The notes beneath the pieces are model-generated. The model worked only from the letters and a program-made list of their open reading frames with translations. It ran no database searches and was not told where the DNA came from. Of a DNA stretch of 64,000 bases, positions 1 to 11,400 are shown piece after piece; position 1 is the first letter of the stretch; each line of letters opens with the position of its first letter. The position numbers were made by a program, and so were the translations under genes. Source of the stretch: Camelus ferus (Eukaryota); the NCBI RefSeq assembly GCF_009834535.1, contig NC_045696.1:49354001-49418000 (forward strand), given 5' to 3'.

Positions 1-228
1 TGGGATCTCTCAACTCTGTACTGTGCCAGGCTGGGGATGCAGTGATGTGGGTAAATGAAACTGTTCTTACCTTTTTAAAGAGTCTTTTCTTGCTCTGAGC
101 TCCACCTGGGTTCTGTTCTCTCACCTGGATTCCAGAACCCAAATCAGTTATTTTTGTCTGTGGATGATTGTTAAATCAGTATTTCTGTGGGGGGATGAGA
201 GCTAGGACCTCCTATTCTGCCACCTTCT
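1..228 (-). mobile_element. Old LINE-1 (L1M-type) 5' UTR end
   Basis: Ends in GAGCTAGGACCTCCTATTCTGCCACCTT; the reverse complement resembles the AAGATGGCxGAATAGG start of L1 5' UTRs. Confidence 0.55.
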
Positions 229-387
229 CACATTTTTCTGAGTTTCTGTTTCCACTTCACTCCCTTTTTGTTTTCTCTTTAAATATGTGCTAAGCATGCC
301 TGATGGATCCAGTACAGGTCTTGGAGAGAGCTGATTTTGACTGGCCTCACCCCCCCCTCCCATTCTAATACTCTTCAAGTCATGGTT

Positions 388-515
388 GTGATAACAACCT
401 TAGAAATATCTTGGCTAAAGTTTTTCATTTTGAAGTTAATGGAAACAGACCCAGAGATGCTAAGTGATTTGCTTAAGGCCTTACAGTTAGTGTTGGAATT
501 CAGGCATTTCATTGC
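388..515 (-). mobile_element. MIR/MIR3 SINE fragment
   Basis: Degenerate MIR core GGAAACAGACCCAGAGATGCTAAGTGATTTGCTTAAGGCCTTACAGTTAGT. Confidence 0.55.
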
Positions 516-692
516 CTACAAAGTAAAAAGCAGCTAAGCTATGCTTGATTAGTTAGCTAATTTACATCTTAAAGATTTCTTGACACCTATAGCCCAAATG
601 GACCATGAGATTGGACAAAAGTAATTACCTTATTATTGCTTCCTCTCCATTTCTCCTCCATAGAGAGAGGTGTGAGAGGCATACCTCTAAGA

Positions 693-874
693 CAGCAGTT
701 CTCCGTCCAACTCAGATTAGAATCACTTATTTTGTTTGTTTGCTTTTAATAACAATACCAGGTCTTATTATAGGCCTATTAGTTCAGAATCTCTGAGGAT
801 AGGCCCAGGAATGAGTATTAAAAAAAAAATCTCCCCAGGTGGTTCTAATGTGCAGCTAGCATTGAGAACCACTA
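693..874. mobile_element. MER5-type hAT-Charlie non-autonomous DNA transposon
   Basis: CAGCAGTTCTC...TCAGAATCTCTG...CTCCCCAGGTGGTTCTAATGTGCAGC...TTGAGAACCACTAG, typical MER5 body and termini. Confidence 0.75.
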
Positions 875-1399
875 GACTAAAAGATTGTTTCCTTGGTTTT
901 TTTGTTTTGTTTTGCTTCTGGTCTCACATTTTTTCCCCCGTGTCTGCCTTTCTTTTCCCTTCTCTCTTCCTTATTCCCATTCTCTTTTCTGATTTTCTTT
1001 TCATTATCTGTAGTATGGAATTGAAGCTTATTATTATATATTTGTTGTATGTATTGGTTTTTGCTTGCTGCTTGGCCTTAATTTTTAAATCAGGTGATTT
1101 GAATCTTTTTCCTTCCAACTATCTCTTCTTCACCCTCCACTAAACTTAATTAAGCTGTTATTACAAGTAGCCTTCAGTTAACTTATTTTCCTGTGTGAAA
1201 TAGACCTCTGCAGAAAAAAAATGACGTAACTCTATTTGGAGTTTTGGAAGAGGCATTGTTTAATAATTATAAAAACATTTTTGATGTTGTTGACGACCTT
1301 TTCTTTTCAGTACCTTTGATATTTTATTGCTCTGGTCTCTGACCATGCCCTGACTAATCTTTCCTAGCTTAGATTTCTCCTCCAGAACAATAACCCATT

Positions 1400-1560
1400 T
1401 CTCTCCTCACTGCACACATTCCTCCTTGGTGATCTCACCTACTTCACAGCTTAAATCCCATGTCTCACTTTGACTCTTGCTCTCAATCTGTCTCTCCAGC
1501 TTGATAATTTTTGGTTGAATTATTTCCATCCTTACCTCCCTTTGTTCTTCAAAATCAGAA
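1400..1560 (+). mobile_element. LINE-2 fragment
   Basis: CTCCTTGGTGATCTCACCTACTTCACAGCTTAAATCCCATG...TCTCCAGC resembles the decayed L2 RT segment. Confidence 0.45.
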
Positions 1561-1724
1561 TAAAGTTATCTCTTTTCTTCTTTTTCTTTCCCATCCCCAC
1601 AAAAGGTTCTTTCTCCATTTATTAATGTGCATAGTTGTTAATTTATATATTTATTTTTTCAAGTACTAAATCAATATTAACTATTTAAATATACCAGGTA
1701 CAATCATAGGCCTGGGAAAACAGT

Positions 1725-2158
1725 TGTGGGAAATAATTTTATTATTAACAATTATTTCTTCCTTCCTTCTCCTTGAGAAAGTTATACATCTCTACTCATT
1801 GTTGTGTGTTTACAATGTCTTCTGTGTAAAGGATACTTCCCTGCTGCATTGACTCTGGGCTTTGTTAGCCACATGATATGTTTTGGCCAAAGGAATACGA
1901 GGCAGGATGTATACATAAGTGAGCTAACTTTTTAAAGAAAGCATCACAAGTTTGCCAGAGCTCTGGTCTCTGCCTTCTTCCCTGAGAACAATAGTCCCAG
2001 AGAGGGCCTGCCCCCTCAGCCTGGGTCCTTGAATGATGGTCATACGCAACAGAGCTGCAGCTGACTTACAGTCTGCTTGTAATGTGAGCAAGAAATTAGT
2101 GATCGTTGAAAGCAGATGGTGCTTTGGAGTTACTATAGCAGCTAAGTTGACTAATACA
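1725..2158 (+). mobile_element. MaLR LTR (MLT1I/J-like)
   Basis: GCCACATGATATGTTTTGGCCAAAGGAAT...CAGCCTGGGTCC...AATGTGAGCAAGAAAT...GACTAATACA terminus. Confidence 0.7.
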
Positions 2159-2429
2159 ATGATGACGAATGAAGCCCTGTCCTTGTCATTAGAGCTCAGA
2201 ATTCAGTAGCGGATCTCCAATTCACTAAAATTCAGCTTTTCAGATGTTTTTAGTTTTCTCCTTTTTCACTGCACCCCACATTCAACAGAATTCAGTTCAT
2301 CCTCCAAATTCAACTCCTTTTCACTGTTTGCTATCCTCTCAACTATTGAAATAACCCCTATTTGGCTTTCCTGTCCTGACCTGCTTTCTTCACTCACTTT
2401 TTTCCTGATGAACCATTGTTACTTTATAT

Positions 2430-2595
2430 ATTGGTTGTTAATTTTTGTTGCAAGTGACCAAAATCTCAATTTAAACAACCTAAACAATAGAGAGATGTAC
2501 CTGAAAGTCTTGAGGTAGCAGTGATTCAGGCAAAGCATGTTCCAGTGGCTAAAACAATGCTAAGGACTTGATTGCTCTGCATTTTCTCTTTCTGC
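2430..2595 (-). mobile_element. MaLR LTR fragment (MLT1K/L-like)
   Basis: GTTGCAAGTGACCAAAATCTCAAT...TTCAGGCAAAGC...CCAGTGGCTAAAACAATG. Confidence 0.5.
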
Positions 2596-4585
2596 TTTTT
2601 TTTAAAGAAGCTTTACTGAGATATCATTCACATACCATAAAATTTGCCTGTTGAAAATATACAATTAAATGATTTTTAGTATAGTTGTAGACTGGGCGGC
2701 CATCCCTACTATCAATTTTAGAACATTTTCATCACCTCAAAAAATCTCTACATCTGTTAGCTATTATCCTCCAGTATCTCCGTACCTTCTCCCTGTATCC
2801 CTAAGCAACTACTGATTACTTTCTGTATCTCTAAATTTGCCAATTCTGTATATTTTATATAAATAGAATTATGCAATATGTGTTCCCTTGTGACTGGCTT
2901 CTTCCACTTAGAACATTTTATGGTTCATCCATGTTATAGCTTACCATAGTACTTCATTGCTTTTTATGACTGAATCATATTCCATTGGGTGGAGATGCCA
3001 CGTTTTGTTTGTCCATTTATTAGTTGATACACATTTATGTTGTTTACATCTGTTATGAATGATGTCATTATGAACATTTATCTACAACTTTTGGTGTGGA
3101 CATGTTTTCAATTCTCTGAGTATGTACCTGGGAATGGAATTACTGGGTCATATGGTAACTATGTGTTTTAACTTTTTGAGAAAATGCCAGATCGTTTCCA
3201 AAGTAGCTACGTCATTTTACATTCCCAGCAGCAGGGTATAAGGGTTTCGATTTCTCCACATCCTCCCAATTATTATCTGTCTTTTTCATTATAGCCATCC
3301 CAGTGGGTGTGAAGTAGTATTTCGTTGTGGTTTTGACTTGCATTTCCCTAATGGCTAATGATGTGAGCACTTTTTGTGTGTTTTTTGGGGGGCGGGGGGA
3401 GATGGAGGCATTTGTATATCTTCTTTGGAGACAGATCTATTCAGATCACTTGAGCATTTCTAAATTGAGTTGTCATATTATTATTACATCATAGAAGTTC
3501 TTATATATTCTGGATACAGGTTCCTTACCAGATATATAATTTGCAAATATTTTCTCCCATTATTTGGATTGTCTTTTAATTTTTATGATAGTATCTTTTG
3601 AAGCATAAAGGTTTTTAATTTTGATAGAGTCCAATTTGTCTATTTTTCCTTCTGTCACTTGTACTTCTGGTGTCATATCTAAGAATCTGTTACCAGAGAT
3701 CACAAAGATTTACCCCTGTTTTCTTTTCAGAGTTTTATCGTTTCAGCTTTTACCTTTGAATCTTTGATCTATTTTGAGTCAATTTTTATATATTGTGTGA
3801 AGTAGGAGTCTGACTTCATTCTTTTGCATGCGGCTATCAGTTGTTCTAACACCGTTTGTTGAGAAGGCTATTCTTTCCCCATTGAATGGTCTTGGTATTG
3901 CATTTAAACTATAAATCAATTTGAGTCTAAGTAATATTAATTCTTCTAATGCATTAACATGAGATTTCCATTCATTGAGACGTTAAAATTTTCTTTCAAT
4001 GATGTTTTATAAAGGGTTTCAGTGTACAAATCTTATACTTACTTAATTTAGTCCTAAGTATTGTATTCTTTTTGATGCTATTGCAATTGGAATTATTTTC
4101 TTAATTTCAATTTCTGATTGTTTATTGCTAACAAATAGAATTGATTTTTGTATATTGACCTTGTATCCAATAATGGTGCTGAATTCATCGATTAGTTCTA
4201 ATAGGCTTTTTTCTCTTTTTTTTGGTAGATTCTTTAGAATTTGCTGAATAGAAGATCATGTCATCAAGGAATAGTGATAGTTTTACTTCTTTTCTTTCTT
4301 GATTCTTTTTTTCTTTTTTCTTTTCTTTCTTTTTTTTCTTTCCTCTCTTTTATTTCCCCAAAATGACTTCCTAATAACCCCTCGTACAGTGTTGAATAGA
4401 AGTGACAAGAGTGACCTCCTTTTCTTGTTCCTGTCTCAGGAGGTAAAGCTTTCAGTCGTTCTCCATTAAACATGACATCAGCTGTGGGTTTTTGCAGAGG
4501 CCCTTTGTTAGACTGAGGAAGTTCCTTTCTATGTCTGGTGGTGGTGTTGTTGTTAATCATGAAGTGGTGTTGAATTTTGTCAACT
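2596..4585 (-). mobile_element. LINE-1 (L1MB-like) 3' UTR plus 3' part of ORF2, with an internal deletion near 3900
   Basis: T-rich tail at left, L1MB 3' UTR text, then ORF2-derived text (minus ORF 4264-4560 KPTADVMFNGERLKALP..GTRKG matches the L1 RT region). Confidence 0.92.
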
Positions 4586-5225
4586 CATACATTGCTGGTG
4601 GGAATGTTAAATGATGCACCTCTTTGGAAAACAGCCTGGCAGTTCCTTAAAAATGTTACACACAGATTTCCCATCTGACCCAGAAATTCCACTCTTAAGT
4701 ATATATTCAAAGCAATTGAAGACATATGTCCACACAAAAACTTGTAAACAAATGTTCATAGCAACCTTATTCATAATCTTCAAAAGTGAGAATAATCCTA
4801 GTGTCCATCAACTGATAAATGGATTCACAAAATATGGCATATCCATCCAGTGGAATAGTATTCATATTATTCAGTCATAAAAAGCAATGAAACACTGATA
4901 TATGCTACAACATGGATGAATCTTGGAAAGATTATGCTAAGTGAAGGAAACCAGACACCAAAGACCACATATTACATGATCTTATATGTATATATAGGCA
5001 TATGTAAAGAGGGACAGAGGTAGGTTAACGGTTGCCAGGGTCTGGAGGGAGAGGGACTGGAGGGTGACTCTGAAGGGCTGTGGGGTTTCTTTTTAGGGTC
5101 ATGAAAATGTTCTGGAGTTAAATGGTGGTGATGGTTGGAAGACTTTGTGAATATAGTAAAAATCACTGAATTGTACACTTTAAAAGGGTTGATTTTTATG
5201 GTATGTGAATTATATTAAAAAAAAA
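4586..5225 (+). mobile_element. LINE-1 (L1MB-like) 3' end
   Basis: ORF 4611-4880 DPEIPLLSIY..LKTYVHTKTCKQMFIATLFII is the L1 ORF2 C-terminus; followed by 3' UTR and an A-tail near 5220. Confidence 0.92.
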
Positions 5226-5339
5226 TTCTACTCACTCTTTAAGCTTTATTGATTATTCTCAGCATCTACCTCAATCTGACATGTTCAATTCTTCCTTTGA
5301 AATTTTATCTTTTAGGCAGAACTCTTTTATAGCAACTCC

Positions 5340-5800
5340 TGTGGCTTTGTCATACAAGTATTTGTGTTGCTTTTAAAGGTATGTATTGAAATGGATATCA
5401 CCTAGAGAGGCTGGTTGGCTATCCACACAGGAACTATATAGGTAGCGTTATGGTGGAGAACTTGTGTGATCCAATCAGTGATTCCAGCTTCACTATCCAG
5501 AAATTCTGTCTTGTCAGTGTTCCAGAGTTAACCAAACCTGCACAATTCCTAAATCCACAAGAGTATGAACATGAGCCCAGAATGCTGTTATGTTCACTGT
5601 GATTGAGATCAGCTGTCATAGTGGACTGGTCATCCCAGTGCATGATCTTCCTTGGGGTGTATACAAACTGGGATAGCAAAAGTGAGAAATGTGCTTGGTG
5701 GGCACGTAACCAGAGGAATGCTGTGGTTCAAAAGCTTTACAAAAGGCACTGTAGTCAAAAGCAGCGTCACAGCAGTGCTAAATCAGACCACAGAACTGAA
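5340..5800 (+). mobile_element. Decayed RTE-clade LINE 3' ORF fragment (L4/MamRTE-like)
   Basis: Hand translation gives YGGE (5449-5460), FQLHYPEIL and QLS*WTGH (5610-5633). Order and ~54-codon spacing fit the RTE C-terminal motifs LYGxE...RCLRxIL...QLRWxGH. Confidence 0.42.
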
Positions 5801-6349
5801 TAGTGTTTATCTCTGTGGCTCTCTTTTATCCAAAGAATCACCTGATTCTTGCCCATCTTGCTTCAAGTCCAGGAAACGTTTGATCTATAAACTACCTTTT
5901 TACAGGCTTCTGATCATTCCTTACATGCTGAGTTTATAGTTTAAATCTTAGAGAGCAGCCTTGGCAGTGGCCCCAGCCAGTGCTCAGTTTTTTTCTCCAT
6001 GAAACTAAAAGTTCCATAAGGCAAAGATTGACTAACACATCTTGGTGTCTCTTACAGCAGCTAGCATAGACTTGCATGTTACGAGTATAGTTGAAATGAG
6101 CTATAACTTGAGGTAATTTATTATCTTCAAACCCCATTGATTAGTGAATTTCTTTTCCTTCATAGTGTTAGGCATGACAGTAGCAGAAATTTAAAATTCT
6201 ATCAATGTGGCCAATATCAGGTTCCAAAATTATATAATTACATATATATTGAATAAATTTATTGAGGATAGTCTGCATTGTTTTATGTGAAGTTTCTCAA
6301 ACAATGAGTCCTGAAGAATAGTTACTGCAAGCGCACTACCTTCCATTTC

Positions 6350-6540
6350 AGAAGTCCTCCAACTCAGGTGTGGATCAGAATCGCCAGGAGGGCTTGCTAG
6401 CACAATGAGGCCCCAACCCAGAGCTGCTGATTCCGTGGGTCTGGGATGGGGACCGAGAATGTGAATTTCTAGCCAGCTCTTCTCAGATGATGCTGATGCA
6501 GCTAGCCTAGGACTAACTGCACTTCGCGAACTGTTGCTCT
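6350..6540. mobile_element. MER5A DNA transposon
   Basis: ATCAGAATCGCCAGGAGGGCTTG...CTGATTCCGTGGGTCTGGGATGGGGACCGAGAATGTGAATTTCTA...GATGCTGATGC. Confidence 0.8.
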
Positions 6541-6564
6541 GCTTGGTCTTCGGTGTTTGAGTTG

Positions 6565-6735
6565 GAGCCCCAAAGTGTGGTCTCTGGACCAGAGCAATGG
6601 CAGTGCCTGGGAGCTTTTTAGAAATCAAAGATCTCAGATCCCACCGGACTCCAGTGCAGAATCTGCACTGTAACAAGATTCCTCAGGCGACTAGTATGCT
6701 GTCATCAAAATTAGAGAAACACCCGACTTAGAGCA
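6565..6735. mobile_element. MER5A1-like DNA transposon
   Basis: CAAAGTGTGGTCTCTGGACCAG...CCTGGGAGCTTTTTAGAAAT...CAGAATCTGCACTGTAACAAGATTCC. Confidence 0.75.
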
Positions 6736-6871
6736 CTGCGAAAGGTCACTGCTGAACAGGCTGGCGAGGTGTTACGTGAAGGATGTTCTAATGACAAGTA
6801 ACAGGGTACTCTGAGTGTGCTGGAATGGGCATCTCTGAAATAAGCTGGAAGAGCAGAGAAAACAAGGTGAC

Positions 6872-7250
6872 TAAATCAGTCAGGGTCCCGGCGGGACACA
6901 GATGAGGGGAATTTCCTCAAAGAGGCAATTAAAGAAGCTTTTATGAAGACACTATTTGCAAAGATGTGGGCAGGATCAGGGTGACCGGGAACGGGTGGTG
7001 GAGCGTTCAGATGTTAATAACAGGGCAAAGCTGCTACCAGTCTTAGGCCTGAAGAGCAGGAGGAGAGCTAGAAGGGGTAGAGGACAGGTGAATATCCACA
7101 CCTCCTTTTCTTCTCATCCTTTGGGGTCCTCGGTGTGCCTTCCAGTGGCCAAATCCACCTGGAAGGGGGAAGATAAGGAAGCCCAGCTGATACAACCCCC
7201 GGAAATCAGCCTCCTGGGGGCCAGAGGAGAGTCTAGAGTGTGGGGAGCTC
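6872..7250 (-). mobile_element. ERVL LTR (LTR33-like)
   Basis: ATCAGTCAGGGTCC...CTATTTGCAAAGATGTGGGCAGG...AGGCCTGAAG...ATCAGCCTCCTGGGG resembles LTR33. Confidence 0.6.
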
Positions 7251-7719
7251 TCCCTTGACTGCGTCATTTATTGTTCATGTATTAGTCAGAATAGGGCAGG
7301 CTGAAAGTTATACCCATATTTTTTTTTATCCAAATGGAAGAAGTGTAATGGGGAAAATGTCAATTATCTTGACACAGAAAATCCAAATACTCTCTTTCCA
7401 CCTGCAACCTGAGAAAAGTCGAATGAGTGCCTCCAGAAGAGAAAGCATATTGGGGAACATGTGGTGATAAATTAGTGAGCAGTGGGTCCACCTGCTGACT
7501 GAGTTTGTCTGCAGAGTTTATGTGTTCAGTTGAGGCCCTGCAGTGGAAGAGTAAATATGCAGCCAATCCTCTTAGTGACTCCCAGGCTCTGTGCAAAGAC
7601 TCAGGGAGCTGAGTTGGGACAAGCATAATGAGTTCAGGCCAGAACTGCTGTGGGAAGAAGAGTGAATGGGGAAATTGTTCTCTTGAGAAATTTTAAAATG
7701 TCTCAATATGGATTCTCTC

Positions 7720-8271
7720 TCTTTTAACAGCTTTATCAAGATATTAATTGATTTACAAAGAGTTGCACATATTTAATGTATACACTTTTTTGAGTTTGGA
7801 TATATTCAAACACCCATAATATCATCACCACCATCAAGGTAACAGACATATTTGACGCCTCCCAAAGCTTCCTTGTCTCCCTTGTTGTTCTGTGTATGTG
7901 TGTGGTAAGAACACTTAACATTCGATCTACCCTGTTAACCAATTTTGAAGTGCACAATACCACATTGTTATCTATTGATACTGTGTTGTACAGCAAATCT
8001 CTAGAACTTACTCGTTTCGCATAACTGAGACTTTATACCCATTAAATGACAATTCCCCATTTCCTCCACTCCCAGCCCCTGGCAACCACTATTGTATTCT
8101 GTTTCTATGAGTTTCACTATTTTAGTTATCTCGTATACATGGAATCATGAAGTATTTGTCCTTCTGTAACTAGCTTATTTCACTTAACAAAAAGTCTTCC
8201 AAGTTCATTCATATTGTCACAAGTGGCAAGATTTCCTTCTTTTTTTTTTAGGCTTAATAATATTTCATTAT

Positions 8272-8338
<67 letters not shown>

Positions 8339-8400
8339 CACATTTATTCATCTGTCGACAGACACTTGGGTTGTTTCTATATCTTGGCTATGGTAAATGA
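7720..8400 (-). mobile_element. LINE-1 3' end (L1MA/L1MB boundary type)
   Basis: CCCAGCCCCTGGCAACCACTATTGTATTCT...GGAATCATGAAGTATTTGTCCTTCTGTAACTAGCTTATTTCACTTAAC. Confidence 0.88.
8275..8332. repeat. (AC)n microsatellite inside L1
   Basis: About 29 AC units seen directly. Confidence 0.97.
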
Positions 8401-8484
8401 GTGTGCATTCTCTTTTGAAAGCTGATACTCCATGGGTTGTTTACCCTAGGTCAGACCTTTACAAAATGTATTAAGTACATATAA

Positions 8485-8620
8485 ATTGCCTATGGCTCCT
8501 ATTAAAATGCAGATTTTTATTCAGTAGGTCTGGAGTGGGTCCTCAGATTCTGCATTTTTAAAAGCTCCCAGGTGCTGCTGATGCTAAGGCCTTAGGAACA
8601 CACTTTAAGTAGCAAGGTCC
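8485..8620. mobile_element. MER5A DNA transposon fragment
   Basis: ATTCAGTAGGTCTGGAGTGGG...TTCTGCATTTTTAAAAGCTCCCAGGTGCTGCTGATGC. Confidence 0.75.
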
Positions 8621-11231
8621 TAAGGCACCCAAGATCAAGAGCAGTCTGATTCAACTGAAACTGGAGTTTTTGTGTCTTTGGCCTTTGGAAAATGGGTGGT
8701 AAGTTAGAGAAGCTCCATGGAAGGAGGAGAGGATGGCTCACTGAGGCGATAAAACATCATGACTCTCTTGTAGCTCAAAACTCATGGTCCTTCTTTCTCC
8801 CACTATGATAAAGCTGTGGAATTTGTTCTTTTTATTTTCATCTTCCCCTGTCTTAGCCCTTACCATTAATTTCATACTCCTTTGACATATTCATCCTGTC
8901 AAAAAGCCCTTCAATCTTTAAGTGAACTTTGTTTCATCCTATTACAGATCTTGAAAAAGAAATCACAGTTCTTTTAGTGTTCCATACTTCCTTGGAATTG
9001 GCTTCTCATGTACATAAGTTTCAAACAAGACAGGGAAAGAAGTAAATTGGATCCTACTGTTTTGGATGATAAAGCATACTCCTTGAGCTGAAGGCATAAT
9101 GGCGGTCTATAAAATGGCATCGCCCGACATTCCCATGGACATAGAATCCTTGGGAATCAGTCTTCACCATTGTTGGATGGCACAGGTCAAAAGTAAAAAC
9201 TATGCCTAAAGGGCAAGTCAGAAACCTGCACTGCCCTCTGGAAGAGGTTTCAGATCCCTTGGCCGTGAATCAGCCAGCATTCACTCACTGAACACCCACT
9301 ACATGTGTTGCATTATGGGTAGATATTGTGAGAATATAGGAAAAACAAGGATCCCGGATCTAGATGATGATAATGCCAGAGGGAAGACAAAATCAGCATA
9401 TGAAACCACAAACTGTGACCAGTCAGGGAGGACTTTTCCAGCTCAAGTTGGCTCTGTACCATATACCACAACTAAAAAGACATCCAGCACTGGTTTACAG
9501 GTTCAGGCAGTGAACCACTCACCCTCAAAGCTCATTCCATCTGCTCTGGGCTATCGGTCTTACAGACTTACTCTGTCCTTCCCTTGCTGTTGACTTGGTC
9601 ATGCGTTATCTCCCCAGTCCCAACCTTAGATCAGCCTGGGCTCCTTTCATCCCTTTTGGTTCTCTCCCCGCTTATCCTGCCTCAGGCTAACTAATGCCAT
9701 TCCTGATGACCAGCCCATCTTGTGGTCAGGGCTCCTACAGGGTAAACCCAAGACCCAATGGGGAAACTAAGTAAAAGTGATATATGAGTTGTGTGTGAGG
9801 AAAAGTGTTTGTCAAGTAAAAAAGTTGGGGAAAGTGTTTATGATGGTGGTAAGTGTGGTTTCTGAGCAGTGACAATGATAAGGAATATGGTACAAAGACA
9901 TGTAATAGTATCAGGTAAGTGCCAGGGAATAGTGGGAAATTTTGTTGAAAAGCCATTCACAAAGGACCATGATGTGATTTCCGCTTAGAGTGAAGTAATA
10001 CCAGCTGCTCTTCCATGTTTTGAGGCCTTTGAGTACAGGTCCGCTTGCAGTAAAGCTCTGTGCAGGATGAACCTTTGCTCTCACTGGCACCAGATTCTGC
10101 TCTGAAGCAGATGTGACCCTGTCCCTATGTCCTGAGGATTCTCAAGAATGAGAAGTTCCTAATTATTGCGGAGCCAAAAATTTTCCCCAGGCAGCCTACA
10201 AGACACATTAGTCTTAAGGTGGCATTAATCATATTTGGGACAGACAAGCAGGCATGAATCAAAAATTAAACAGCTTGGCAAATATTTTAGTAAATTATTA
10301 AATTTTGGTCATAGACCCTTACGTGCTTTTTGACCTTTGTTTGTTTTCTCTAAGTACTGCTAAGACCACCAGCGCTGTCAGGGAATGTGATTAGTAGTCT
10401 AGCAATAAGATTCAAATTTAGAATGAATCACCAATAAAATGTCACATTGTCCAATACATGAGGAAAAATAAACCCGGAATATTTGGTTCATATGGAAACG
10501 AAAAAACCAGAGAGAAATCCATGCAGTGAGCTTGTGGAGCATTGACACATGAGCTGGTGCTCTGCACCCGTCATTCCGAGAACTCCCAGGTTGATCCTGT
10601 ACATAGTTCAGCAGAAGCTACATCTGTTCTCTTTCACTAAGATGTGACTGGGCTCTGGCTTGATCAGCTGTCTCCAGATTTTAAGGCCCTTTTGTCCTTT
10701 CCCTATATAAATAGCAAGGCGAGGCCTTTTGACTTCACTTTGGAACTGTATCAAAACCCAACAGGTGTTGGCCTCTGCTGATGTCTGGGGCCCTTTCCCC
10801 TTTCAGGGAGGGGACTGTCTACTCTTCCCAAAAGGGGTAGCCCCACAACTTGACACCACAGGACGACAGCTGGTCTCCTCTCCCGGCGCATACCAGCCAG
10901 GAGGAGAGCTCAGAAGCGACAGCCGAGGGTACGTGGCATCAGCCGCTCCTCTGGTAAACGACCCAGTGGGGTGGGGAAAGAAAAACAGAACTGCAGAGAA
11001 TCTTGTATTTCCTATGCATGCAGTTAACAGATTTGGAAATTCAGATTGCCATCAGAAAAACTCAGTTACTTAGAGGTAAAGGTAATGTCTTCAGAACATA
11101 GTAAATTAGGGTGTCAAAGTTGTTCAAAATGTTTCTCATAGGAAGAGATTTAAGATGGTGATGCCGCATGGCTTTTTTATGGGAAGGGTCTGTGAGGTAT
11201 TGGCCCCCAGGTTAGCTTTGCCCCATTATGC

Positions 11232-11400
11232 AGATAAAAATAGAGGGTGCCCAGTTAAATTTTAATTTCAGGTGAACAACAAAAAAAACTGTATAAATAT
11301 ATTTCAGACAATATTTGGGACATACTTACACTAGAAGGTTATTTGTTGTGTAGCCTAAGTGCAAATTTTATTGGGTGTTTTGTATTTTTTTTCTGATCAT
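11232..11400. mobile_element. MER53 palindromic hAT-type element
   Basis: CAGATAAAAATAGAGGGTGCCCAGTTAAATTTTAATTTCAG...CAATATTTGGGACATACTTACACTA...AAATTTTATTGGGTGTTTTGTATTTT, an internal inverted repeat. Confidence 0.8.

Noticed and set aside
2596..5225. Classic twin-priming L1 inversion
   Set aside because: Twin priming does not duplicate the 3' end; here both arms carry a 3' UTR and tail.
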